A DNA stretch of 63,549 bases, the filler included, from Bonamia ostreae (lineage: Eukaryota): the NCBI GenBank assembly GCA_040357525.1. It is 16 parts of 16 records of this genome, joined end to end, with 100 filler letters (N's around TTAATTAATTAA, not from the genome) between each part and the next. Parts side by side here need not be neighbours in the genome. Positions count along the whole stretch, not along the records: positions 12,053 to 15,965 come from JBDODL010000399.1; positions 16,066 to 19,970 come from JBDODL010000400.1; positions 20,071 to 23,972 come from JBDODL010000401.1; positions 24,073 to 27,963 come from JBDODL010000402.1; 12 more parts are not named here. One strand, written 5' to 3'. The position numbers were made by a program, and so were the translations under genes. Below are positions 12,053-24,078 of the stretch, one piece after another. The notes under the pieces are model-generated. The model searched no databases and was not told the DNA's origin. It was given only the letters and a program-made list of their open reading frames with translations. Positions within the stretch are counted from its first letter, which is position 1, and every line of letters begins with the position of its first letter.

Positions 12053-12911
12053 AAAGAAGAAGGAAATTTTGTTGTAAAGGCTAAAAGAGACATTTTAGCC
12101 GAAGAAGAAATCTTTTTGTCGTACGGCGAAAAATGTAATAGTCGATTTTATATTCATTACGGCTTTGTGATCGATAAAAATCCGTCTAATTCAACTCAAA
12201 TTTCGTTTGACAAAAACAATTCAATGATTTCCGGTCGTTTAGAAAACAACTTTGCGCTGAACAAACTTTTTATTGATCCGTTTTCTTTAAAATTGAAAAA
12301 GATCGTTCAAAATTACAAAATTTTACAATGACGAAGAAACAAGACAATGTTTCACTTTTCTGCGTCTTCTTTTTACATCGAAAGAGCAAATTCTAAAATT
12401 CTATAAATCGAAGCTTAAAAACAAATTGATAAAAGTCCGAATGCCGGCGTTATCAATCGAAAACGAAATAAAATTATTAAAATTATTAAAACACACAGCA
12501 AATTTAAAGCTCAAAAGCTTTTCAACGTCTTTAAAAGAAAACAAAAAAGAGCTTAAATTGGTTGAAAAAATGGCGGGAAGAACGAACAATTTTGATACTG
12601 AAAACAAGAAAATGCAATTGTTGGTTGCGATCGGCGAAAAGAAAGTTTTGCGATTTTATCAAAAATTGTTGTTCAAAATACAGAATTTGCTCAAAAATGG
12701 CGATCGAAAAAAAATTTGTAAAAAAGATTTTTCGGATTTTATGGAAAAGACAAAATTTTACGAGTTTTGTAAAAACGATCCGTTCAAAGTTTATGTTTCG
12801 AATGTCTTCACTGTTTTGATGGAGAGACATTGCAATATGTCTGCTAAAGATTACTTTGCTAAATTTGGCGGAACGAAGAAAAACAAGAAAGATGTGATTT
12901 GTATCGATTAA
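12053..12911 (+). CDS. SET-domain methyltransferase (SETD3/Rubisco-LSMT-like), 5'-partial
   Basis: EEIFLSYGEKCNSRFYIHYGFV, SIENE, GEKKVL. 22-nt intron at 12280-12301. Confidence 0.85.
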
Positions 12912-12947
12912 ATTTTTGTAAATAATAGAGAAAATTTAATGCAAAAA

Positions 12948-14719
12948 TTAAATCAGAAGCTCGATAATTTGCATAAAATTTTCAGGAAGTCCGAGTTCAA
13001 ACAGCTTTAAAAATTTTCCTTCGTCTTTTTTGAAGTATTGTTTGCAACTGTTGTAATCGAGTTTGCCAGTCAATCTTATTAGACGTCCACTTCAATTTGC
13101 CAAAATTTTAAAATTTGTTAAAAAACGAAAAATTATAAAAATTGAAAAATTTGTCAAAAATTGTTTAAAAAACGATAATTTGTCAAAATGTCACAAATTG
13201 TATAAAAATTGAAAAATTTGCCAAAAATTGTTAAAAACGAAACTTGTCAAAATTGTCACAAATTGTATAAAAATTGAAAAAATTGAAAAAATGTTAAAAA
13301 GATAAAAATTGTTGTAAAAACTCGATTGTCAAAAATTGATTTGATGATAATCGACGCGCGACAAAATTGGTTTCGAAACGAGAATTGTCTTTAAACAAAT
13401 AGCCGTAGAACTTCAACGCGACTCTTTTGTAAGTTTCAGTCGCAATTATCTTTGGCTCAAAATGCCAATTCGTTAATGTCACTTTTCTCATTTCGCTCGA
13501 TTTGCGATGCGGATTTCTTATTATTTTATCGATTTTTGTCATTTTNNNNNNNNNNNNNNNNNNNNNNNNNNNNNNNNNNNNNNNNNNNNNNNNNNNNNNN
13601 NNNNNNNNNNNNNNNNNNNNNNNNNNNNNNNNNNNNNNNNNNNNNATTACAAATTGCCATTTTTACAAAAAATTGTAATTTTAATCAAAAATCGGTTTTT
13701 TGTCGTTTTATTACAAATTGCCATTTTTACAAAAAATTGTAATTTTAATCAAAAATCGGTTTTTAACATTTTTCTTACAGTAATATTGGCAGTGCAGAAC
13801 TCATTTTGCTCATCCACAACATTCCATTGACTCTTTTCGCCAAACAAATCTTGACTTCGAGTGTACCCAATCACTTGATCAGAACCAAGTCGAGAGCTCA
13901 AACGCCAAAATCCGTCTTTGTAGAATAAATAGACGAACTGGCGATTACAAAAGAATTGGCGTCCTTTTAATGACCCGATCGGAACATAATTGCCATTTAG
14001 TTCTTCGCGACCCTCTGAAAACGGAAAACCTTTTATTCTTAAAACAAAGTTTTCCGCTTTTTGACATTTTTCTAAATTTTAATAATTTTTAGCTTTTTTG
14101 ACTATTTTGATTTTATTTGGCTATTTTGACTTAATTGTGATATTATTTAGACTTTTTGGCAAAATTTTTATAAAAACTTTTGAAAGTTTTTTTCTTTCGG
14201 CAAAAATAGCAATTTTTTGCTACAAGATCGCATATTGTTTTTTATGACCGGTTTTTGGTTGGAATCGATCTCTTGCAACGGCATATTTTTAATTTTAGCA
14301 TTGTCTAAATTCAAATTTCCGGCATTTTCGTTTTTGTAGATTTTTGAATTTAGATGAAAATTTTGTTTTGCAAATTTTAGGGGGAGAAGGCTTAAACTTC
14401 GGCCGCAATTATTGTCGACCGTTTTTTGGCCAAATTTGAGCAATTTGCGAATAAAAATTTGAGATTTCTCAAATTTGTAAAAATAAATTTCGTTTATAAT
14501 TTTTGTCGTGTTTTTAATTTTAAAGGTTTTTTTCGGGTTTTTGTAACGAACGATTTGTAATTTTGAATAGTGGTCTTTTTTGATGCGTTTTGATAGACGG
14601 TTCAAGAAAGGTTCGGAATATTGAGAGCTTATTTTGAAGATTTTTTGAGCAAAAAGCACTTTTTGGGGAATTTTGATTGTTTTGTTTTTGTAAATGTCGT
14701 TTTTGCTGTTTTCTTGCAT
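12948..14719 (-). CDS. Hypothetical multi-exon protein; exon joins uncertain
   Basis: Coding-like blocks at 14719-14178, ~14070-13779 (ELNGNYVPIG...YLFYKDGFWRLS), ~13450-13355 and ~13095-12948, separated by AT-rich repeat introns and a gap. Confidence 0.45.
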
Positions 14720-15423
14720 TGATTTAAAATTTAGTTTGTTTTAGTATTGCAATTTTTATATGCGATTTTGTTAACTAGAATTATTTTTGTTAAGCTTTTT
14801 AATGTATTCAAAATATTATTTTTTATTTCGTTTGTACAACAAATGTCGATTTATCGTTTTAATTTGTCATAAAAAATTTTCAAAAAATTTTTAAATTTGT
14901 CGAAAATAAGGAAGATTTGCTTTAGAACGATTTGAAATTTGTGTGTGTGTTAATGTCTATTTAATTTTGGATCACAAAAATTATCGCTGTTGTTATTTGT
15001 TTTCAGAAATAAACATTAATTTCGTGTCTCTGTGAATAGTGTGTAATAAAACTTTTTTCAAGTTTTTGTCTCTTTTGTAATAAAATCGGGTGAAAATTTT
15101 TATCATTTTATTTTTGATGGATCGAAATGTTTTTAAAAATTTTTTTAATATCTTATTTTCAACGTTAACTGCAGAATTTTTTAATATCTTTTCAACTTGT
15201 TATAAAACTTGGAATAAACTTGATTTGAAAAAGTGACCGAAATCGCAAATACGACAAAACTTTTTGTATAAATGGCTACATAAAAACAAAAATTTTATGA
15301 GAGTTCATTCGCAAAAAAAAATAACCGAAACTAGAGCAATCCCTCAAATTCACATTTAATAGCCGACTTAAATAATCGCACTTATTTCATCAAGGCTAAA
15401 AACAAAGTGTCAATAAATTTGCA

Positions 15424-15965
15424 ATGAAGATGAATCAGATTCTTATAATAGCGTCGATCCTGCACGGGCTCAGTTTTCTGGTCGCCTTTCTCATGTTAAT
15501 TTTCAGAGGAAACCGGTTTCCTTTCGACAAACGCAGCAAATTTATCGCGTTGATAGGAATGGGCTCCTGTACCGCAAACGGACTGGTAATTATTCTTCTG
15601 AACTATCCCAATGTGACTCCGACTGTTACCGCATATGTCAATTATATCCTGCGCTCTGTCATATTGATATTGATCAACGTGATCTACGCGTACAGAATCA
15701 CGCACGTGTTGCTGGATCACGCGAGGCAGAGATCCATTATCCACAACACAAAGTTCAACAAAATGCATTCGCATATTTTCGTCAACATTCGATTGTATTT
15801 TCTGCTTTTCTATATGATTTTGATAACGTATCCGCTCTGCAGAGGTATAGACAACAGTCGCGTGCACCAAAGATTAGACGACTTTAAGATAAGCGTTGTC
15901 TACGAATATGTCATTTTTGCTGCACTCACCTTTTATTTCATTTTTGCTTGCTTTTTATTGCGTTT
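15424..15965 (+). CDS. Multi-pass membrane protein (7TM-like), 3'-partial
   Basis: At least five hydrophobic segments in 180 codons. Runs into the linker. Confidence 0.7.
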
Positions 15966-16288
15966 NNNNNNNNNNNNNNNNNNNNNNNNNNNNNNNNNNN
16001 NNNNNNNNNTTAATTAATTAANNNNNNNNNNNNNNNNNNNNNNNNNNNNNNNNNNNNNNNNNNNNTTCCAATTTGTCTTAGACAAAAAAGAAAGTTGATA
16101 AAAACATTTCAAAAAATAAAAACTAACTTTTGGTTGAGGATAGACCTCAACCAGAAAAAAATATGTAGAATATGAAAACATCCTGAAAACGACTACTTTA
16201 CTATCTAATTTCGTTCTAAAATTATGTGCAGAAATTTAAAAATCGGCGAATTAAAAATTTAGCCAATTGCTAAATCGAATTTTGAAAA

Positions 16289-18083
16289 ATGAATTTAGAA
16301 AGATGGAAATCAATCCTAATTGAGAAAAAAGATCAAATTGAGCAAACACTAAATCGCCACAGACTTTTCGATGTCAATTACGGAACTTCCGGTTTTAGGG
16401 CAAAATCTATTTTTCTAGACAAAATTGTTCTAAAAACCACTTTGTTTCAATTTCACCATTCTGTCATCGCTAACAATAAAGCTGTCGGTCTTATGATCAC
16501 AGGTAATTCTAATTAAAATTTATACATATAAAATATAAGCTAGCCATAATCCGGCAGAAGACAATGGAATAAAATTAAGTGATCCGTTCGGTTTTCCGTT
16601 AAAAGAATCGTTAGAAATGGCGGTCGCAGAATTTTGCTCAAGCAAAAACGACCGTCAGATCATAAAATTGTTAACCGAAAAGCAAATAGTGACATCTTTA
16701 AAATCGGACGAGCCGGTTTCCAAATCAGGTGAAAAACCTGTTCTTTTTATCGGCAGAGACTCCAGAGACCATTCCGATCATTTTTCTTCGTTAATAGCCA
16801 AATTTGTAAATATTTTTGGCGATCAAATCGCCTTCAAAAATTTCGGTTACACATCCTCTCCGCAATTATTCGGACTTGTAGGATACTTTAATCTTAAAAA
16901 CACTCGAATATCAGATTTTTCTCCTGAAATTTATCTTGACAATATCTGCCATTTCTTCACAAAACTATCTAAAACCGTAAAAGCCCTTTTGCAATCCAAT
17001 TACGACGACTCTTTTTTAAAATCGATTAGTGTCGATTGCTCCAATGGAATAGGCTCATTGTTGCTTAATTACATCGACAATAAAATTTGCCAGTCTGGAA
17101 TTTTTAAAATAAATTGCTTCAATAGTTTCAGAGAGGGAACTATTAACAAAAATTGCGGCGCTGAATTTTTGCGAGTTTTTTTACAAAACTCTAAAAGAAA
17201 AAAATGGCTCCAACGAATTCAAAATTCGATGTTCTTTTGGCTTCTTTAGATGGCGACGCCGACAGAATTCTCTTCTACAAACTTTCTTCTTCAAACGAAT
17301 TGATCTTATTAAACGGGGACAGAATTTTAGTCCTTTTCGTAAAATTTTTGAAATTACTTGTTTCGACAGCAAAAAATTTTTTCGACGAAAACAACTTTGT
17401 TTTCTCTTTAACCGTAAGACATTTAAAGCTGTTATAACAGCTTACACAAATGGAAATTGTGTGCGGTATTTGCATTCGATTGGCGTAGAGACAGCGCTGT
17501 CTGCCACAGGCGTCAAAAATTTACATCCTTTGGCGGCGGGAGCGGACATCGGCGTATACTTTGAAACGAATGGACACGGAACAGTGCTCTTCAGCGACAG
17601 ACTGATATCTCAAATAGAGAAAAAACTCGAAAAATCGGCAAAAAACGAGCCCGAAGGACTCGCTCTGCAAAGCATTCTACTGTTGCAAAAATTGGCCAAT
17701 CAAAATTATGCCGACGCCGTTGGTACCTTAATGGCAGCACAGATCATCTTTAACGCAATGCGATTAAAACCAGAAGCGGTACTTGGACTATACGAAAACC
17801 TGCCATCGAGAGAAATGGCGATAAAAGTGAAAGACAATAAGTTGATCAAAAGAATATCGAAAGATGAAAGTCGAATTTTGGATCCCGAAGAACTGCAGAA
17901 AAAAATCGACTTCGTCGTCTCAAAGTATAAAGGTGGACGCTGTTTCGTGAGACCAAGCGGTACCGAAGTTGGAAATTTTATTTTTAGGATTTGATTCGAA
18001 TTTATGTGGAATCCGAAGACGCGAAAACGATCGATCAAATGATCGAAGAAGTAAAGTCAATAATAAATTTAAAAATTTATTAA
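16289..18083 (+). CDS. PGM3: Phosphoacetylglucosamine mutase
   Basis: YGTSGFR, MIT|ASHNP..DNG, DGDADR, GVYFETNGHGT, FVRPSGTE|DLIRIYVE. Introns from 16503 (phase 1, ending at the AG before CTAGCCATAAT), 17175-17197, 17399-17418 and 17968-17987. Confidence 0.95.
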
Positions 18084-18123
18084 ATTTTGCAATGAAACTG
18101 ATAATTAAAAATGTCTTTAAAAA

Positions 18124-19047
18124 TCATTTATTGCCAACAAAACGATAAATCTCAATATTTCGCTTCGCGAACGAATTTCCAGAATTAGTTGGAACCAATT
18201 TTTCTATTAATTTGAAACCAATTGACTCCAGATAATCTTCGAATTTGGACGGCCTCAACTTGATCGACTTGAAATTTTCGTAAAACGACTAAAAATTTTC
18301 GTTACAACTTTGTGCAATTTTTTTCGATAAGTCTTCCATTTTTGCGGTTCCAGAATTAAAATCCCGCCCTTTTTCAAAAAATTGGCGATTTTTTGAAACA
18401 AAATTTTGATTCCGTCGTCACCGGAATTGAAATGAACCCATTTTGTGACGGACAAACTTATAAATGACATCAAAACCACAAAACAACGTCAAAAAAATTT
18501 TCTTCGTTTTTGAAATCTGCCACAAAATCACAGGATGAGAATTTTACATTGAAAGGATATTCTTTCTTATTTTCGTAAATTTTCTTTTCATTTTCCAATC
18601 TTTTTTTGCAGTTTATTTACAAATTTTGACTTAAATTTTTAGCTTTTATAATAAAAATTTCAATTGTGAAATTAAGTTTTGAAACGCCAAATTGGCTTTT
18701 GAGATCAAATCGGAATCGATGTCGACGCCATGAACGGACAGAGGCAAAAATTTTCTCGAAAAGCGCAGAGTGAAAGCGCCGCAATGACAGCCGACATCCA
18801 AAACCGATTTATTCTCGAAATACTTTTTATTCAGCATCGATAAACGCGGGTCGTCATCTCGATAACCTTTATTGTAGTAACTTTTATTTTTCGCTGAAAA
18901 CTTGGAATGGTTTCCGTATAAAAAGTTTTTTAGTTTTTTTATTTTTGTTGCTTTTTTGAGCTCTTTTTTCGAATCTGCGGAATGTTGTTGCAGATTTAAT
19001 ATTTTTTTCCGTTTATTTTTCTTGATTATCGGTTCAAATTCGTACAT
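18124..19047 (-). CDS. MEPCE: Bin3/MePCE-family RNA methylphosphate capping methyltransferase
   Basis: YGN..YY..GYR, D.RL, VLDVGCHCG, GVDID, YPFNV, CLSVTKWVHFN.GD.G, LILEPQ.W..Y. Four GT-AG introns. Confidence 0.9.
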
Positions 19048-19246
19048 TTTGGAATTTATTTTTTGGCTAAATCGTTTTAATATTTTTCTTATAAAAAGAT
19101 TTAGAAATGGACAGTTTATAAAAAGATTTAATATTTTTAAATTTTATCGACTTAATTTTGAAAAATGAAAAATGAAAAATTATAAAATTTTAATGGGCGT
19201 TTGATCACCAAAATCAATATACAATGATTGCACCTCGATTCCATCA

Positions 19247-19768
19247 ATTGACAATCGTTTCGGGGTGTAACTTAACATGACAGAACCTTTCCTTTTTCCA
19301 AATTTTATTGCAAAATTCATTTTCGCGTATATTTTGCCATCTAACAATTGCGAAGTGTGACTTTATTGTTTAGAAAAATTTCATTTTATTAAAAAGCAAA
19401 ATTTGCGCAATTATAAAAAATTGCATTATAAAAGTTCTTAAAAGTCAGATGAAACCTTAAAATCAGAAAAATCGTCAACAACTGTAAAACAATCCGTCAA
19501 AATAGCAACATCCGTCAATCCGACCGTCATTCCCGCGCCAGTGATCGGATGGCGCATGTTGAAGGAGTCGCCCAAAAACAAAACACCATTTTCGTCCGAA
19601 GCGATCGGCGGCAAAACTTGGCTCGGCATTGATCTGTAGCTTTCTTCGCTTATTGCGTCGTCAAATTGAGGTAAAATGTCTTTTGGGATTAATTTTCGAA
19701 TCGAAAATATGTTTTTCGAGTTTTTATCAACGACATCGATCAAAATTCTGACTTCGCCATCGCCGATC
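19247..19768 (-). CDS. SQLE: Squalene epoxidase fragment (5'-partial; 3' end apparently short)
   Basis: EVRILIDV, YRSMPSQVLP, LGDSFNMRHPITGAGMTVGLTDV. Confidence 0.82.
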
Positions 19769-20167
19769 TTTTACCATTTTTTAAAATTTTATCAAAAAAA
19801 CAATTTTCATTTTTCAAATTTAAACAAAAAGTGATTTAAATTAAAAAACAATTTTCATTTTTTCGTTTTTTAACTTTAAACAAAAAAAACAATTTTCATT
19901 TTTTAGTTTTTAAAAATTTAAACAAAAAAAGCGATTTAAATTAAAAAGCATTTTTTTCGAAATTTAAACANNNNNNNNNNNNNNNNNNNNNNNNNNNNNN
20001 NNNNNNNNNNNNNNTTAATTAATTAANNNNNNNNNNNNNNNNNNNNNNNNNNNNNNNNNNNNNNNNNNNNCCGTTTATTATTTGTTGCTTTTATGATCCA
20101 ATAAAATTAACTAAATATTTATGTAAAAACATTTTTTCAAAAAATAAAAATTTCTTTTGAAAAGACA

Positions 20168-20503
20168 ATGAAAATGACACTCGACAAGGAAAAATCACGT
20201 TATGAGCAATTACGCTTGCAATTACGAGAAATGGATCCTTCATACGTCATTGGTTCTCCGCCAATTCCAACGGCAGTGCACCAATTGGATGCGACCAATT
20301 TGAATTTTATGACAAGAGTCACTTCTCCTTTAGAATGCATGACGCCTCCTGTTCCAAGCCAAATGTTTACACAAAATAACGAATCGCCATTTGTGATGTC
20401 GAATAGCTCTGTTTTGGGAAATATGGTTAACCCAAACAATGTTCCAACCATTTTTGACGAATCGAAATTAAAATCAGAGATTGAAAAAGTTCAAATTGAA
20501 TGA
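20168..20503 (+). CDS. Hypothetical protein or terminal exon (coiled-coil plus Pro-rich)
   Basis: 111-codon ORF with coding-like composition between AT-rich flanks. Confidence 0.5.
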   Translation: MKMTLDKEKSRYEQLRLQLREMDPSYVIGSPPIPTAVHQLDATNLNFMTRVTSPLECMTPPVPSQMFTQNNESPFVMSNSSVLGNMVNPNNVPTIFDESKLKSEIEKVQIE

Positions 20504-20631
20504 TATTAAATCTTAATGCAATATTCATTTTTATTTTATTTTTCGTTTAAAAATCCGAACAACAAACGTCAAAAAATTATAATATATAGAATATTCTTAA
20601 CTATAAATATACAAATAAGCTTTAAAGCATA

Positions 20632-21711
20632 ATGAAATTGGACATTTCAAATTTCAAATTTTTGGCAAATGCTGATTTCCGTGTATTAACATCAATCGAA
20701 GTTGCTTTACATTTTTTGTCGAATTTAAAAATTTAATATCTTTGTAAAATTGCTACATAGATGGGCATGAAGAATCACCATTTGGTCCAATTTGATCTTA
20801 TTCAAAAAATATCAAAGCTATCTCCTTCCGCCACTACCAAATCTCTGAAAACGTTTTATACAAATTTTTTAGAGTTCACAAGTACAAATTGGTTGTTCAT
20901 GAAGCCAAAAAATGTTGATTCCAACGAATTTTAATATTCGTGAAATTTTTTACTAAAAACAAATAAAAAATTGTAAAAAGGCGACGGTTATCGATTAACC
21001 TTTTTGGGATACGATTTTCTGGCAATAAACGCTCTCACTAAAAGGAAATCGGTTGAAAAAATTGGGAGTCAAATTGGCGTCGGCAAAGAGTCGGACGTTT
21101 TCAAAGTTACCAATGAGAGAAATGAGATTATGGTTTTGAAATTGCATAGACTCGGTCGCATCTCTTTCCGCACGATAAAAGACAACAGAGACTATCTCGG
21201 AAAGCGTTCTAATGCCAATTGGTTGTATTGCAGTCGGTTAGCTGCCACCAAAGAATATGAATATTTAAAAGTTCTTCACGAAAAGGATTTCCCGGTGCCT
21301 CGTCCGATCGACTGTAGCAGGCATTGCGTCCTCATGGATTATTTTGAAGGGATTCCGTTAAATAACCTAAAGACCATTTATGACGCCGACATTTACTACA
21401 AAGCACTGAATGGAGTACTTTTTAGAATGAGAGATTTCGGCTACATTCATTGCGATTTCAACGAATTCAACGTCTTAGTTTCTCCCAAGATGATAGAAAA
21501 AGGATTAAAAGAAGAAAAGAGAATCGAATTATTAAAAGAAATGGGCGAAAAATCTTATAACAACAATCTGTTTGAAGAATTGGGTCTTCTCGTTATCGAT
21601 TTTCCTCAAATGGTTTCGTCAAGCCATGAAAACGCAGATGATTTGTTTGGCAGAGACGAAACGTGCATAAAAACTTTTTTTATGAAACGGTTCGGATTAG
21701 AAATAAATTAA
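20632..21711 (+). CDS. RIO2: RIO2 atypical kinase; exons 20632-20700, 20761-20852, 20873-20913, 20981-21711
   Basis: MKLD...DFRVLTSIE|MGMKNH, DGYRLT.LGYDFLA, IGVGKESD, KLHRLGR.SFR, IHCDFNEFN, IDFPQM. Confidence 0.96.
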
Positions 21712-22184
21712 TTTCACACTTTTTAAAACAAAAAAGAGTATTTAAAAATTAATCTCTTTTCAATGTGAATTTTATCATTTAAAATTCATTTTATTTTTGA
21801 ATGTCTGTGCTATGTATCTCGATATTTAATGCCTTATTGACGAGTATCATGGCACTTAGATTTGGAGATCTATAAACGATAAATAACAATGAATTTGTTT
21901 TTAATTTACGTTTTTAGATTTGTTCCCTCTCTTCTTTGGGACCGTAAAATAAAAAATTAAATTGACTGAGATATTTGCAATAAATGAAAAAAATCTGTTT
22001 ATTAATCGTTTTTGTGAAAGTTTTGCAAAACGGATAAAAGAAATATTACAAAATCGACCATAAATTTTTAAAAATGCAAAAAAAATCGACCATAAATATA
22101 CTTTTTTAATTTTCGCTATATCTAAAATGCAAAAATCAAATCATTAAAAATAAAAAATTCAAAATTACAAAATTTTCAAAAAAA

Positions 22185-23972
22185 ATGACGATATATTTAA
22201 TCATAATTTCTTTGATTTTAACGTTTCTGAGATCAGATTCATTGGCAGCTTTCGATGACAAAGTGGAAATACCAGTTTTTGATAACAGAAAATGCAACAT
22301 TTCACAGTTATCATTAAAAAATGGTTCTGTACAATGCAAAAACAACCCTTCACAACAAATTTTTGTTGGACAGTACTGCGAAATTGTCTGTAAACGCGAA
22401 TATTTTCTGTTCAACGAGAAGCAATGGGAATTTACGAGAGAAATCCATTCGGAAATGACTTTGATTTGTTTTGACGAACAAAAATTCGAGTTGGCCAACA
22501 CATTCAATTGGAGCAAAACAGAATGGACGTGCAGACCGAAATTCAAAAATTGTGATGAAACCAAATTAAGAAAAAGCGAAGAAGAACATGTCATGACATG
22601 TTTTGAAGAATCATACCCAAAAATATGTGACTTAACTTGCAAAAATGGCCACCCAAATATGGAAAGATACTCCTGCTTGTCCGGCGAATGGTATTTATAC
22701 AATGCGACAAAATTTGACGAAAACAGAAAATTGGATTGTTCAGATAAGCACGAGTGCTTAACCAAAAATCTGTATATCGGGCCGGCCACCGGTAGCTGTG
22801 AAGGGTACAATTCGGTAAAAAATATTGATGGTCTCTGTACTTTAAAATGTCAAGATGGCTTTGTGGACAAAATATTGCCAGAAAACAAACTTTTCCTATG
22901 TTTATATGGTTTTTTCGAGAACGGAAACGGTGTTAAATTTGACGAGAAAATGGTCAATTGCGCAGAGGATAAATTTATTATTGATTCTAGCAAGATTCGA
23001 AAAGATAGAAAAACATGCGATCCGTCTCAATTTTTAATCAAAGACAGTTATTTCAGATGTGAAAGCACTAGCGAAAGCTACGTTTCGATAGGCGGGAAAT
23101 GTAATGTCGGCTGCAAAAACGGTTCCATTCTGCACAGCGATATATATCCAATAAATAAACTGGAAATTCCGTTCATTTGCAACGAAGATCAAAGATTCTT
23201 TAACGAGAGAGGACTATTTTATTGGGAAAAAACAGAGTGGCGCTGCAGGAAGATAATTCCGACTTGCGACGACAATCTATTAATAAAAAACAACGAGACG
23301 CATATCCTCGATTGCTTTCAAGATGGCACTTATTATGCCAAAATATGCGTTGTCAGTTGCAGAAACGGCTATTCCAATCGAGGCAGATATATTTGTTACG
23401 AAGACGAATGGTTTCATTTGGATAATTATGGCTATTCCGGGTATGTCGAATGTCATTTTTACGGTTGCAACACTGATTTGTTGTACCTGCCGACAACTGA
23501 AGGAAGCTGCAAAAGTATTCCAGTCGTGGAAGAAGGCAGTTCTTGTACCGTGCGGTGTGCTGACGGCTATACCGACAGCATTTTGACGGAAAGCAAAACT
23601 CTTTATTGTGATTTAAACAAGTTCTACGATTCGAATGCTGTTGAATACGACAAAGAAATGATTCTTTGTGATAAAATGACTGTTATTGGCACTGGTGACG
23701 ATAAAGATGAGAATAGCAACGATGACAAAGAGGAGAATATAAACGAAGATAAAGATGAAAATGAAGGCAAAGGCATTGAAGAAGATGACAAAGAGAGCAA
23801 CATTAAAACATGCGATCCGTCTCAATTTTTAATCAAAGACAGTTATTTCAGATGCGAAAAGAACAGAAAAAATCGTGTTTTTGTGGAAGAACTTTGCTTG
23901 GTCGGCTGCAAAAATGGTTCCATTCTGCACAGCGATATATATCCAATAAATAAACTGGAAATTCCGTTCATT
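22185..23972 (+). CDS. Secreted Cys-rich repeat protein with sushi/CCP-like modules, 3'-partial
   Basis: Signal-peptide-like N-terminus and repeated C..C.NG..Y.C..W modules. The block KTCDPSQFLIKDSYFRCE..GCKNGSILHSDIYPINKLEIPFI occurs at ~23010 and ~23805. Confidence 0.85.
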
Positions 23973-24078
23973 NNNNNNNNNNNNNNNNNNNNNNNNNNNN
24001 NNNNNNNNNNNNNNNNTTAATTAATTAANNNNNNNNNNNNNNNNNNNNNNNNNNNNNNNNNNNNNNNNNNNNTAGAAA

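Noticed and set aside
14030-14045. Possible 16-nt intron GTTTTAAGAATAAAAG
   Set aside because: A homopolymer error or another donor explains the phase mismatch equally well, and there is no homology anchor.
20168-20503. Merlin/ERM-like tail (LKSEIEK)
   Set aside because: The similarity is too short, and there is no room for the remaining exons before RIO2.
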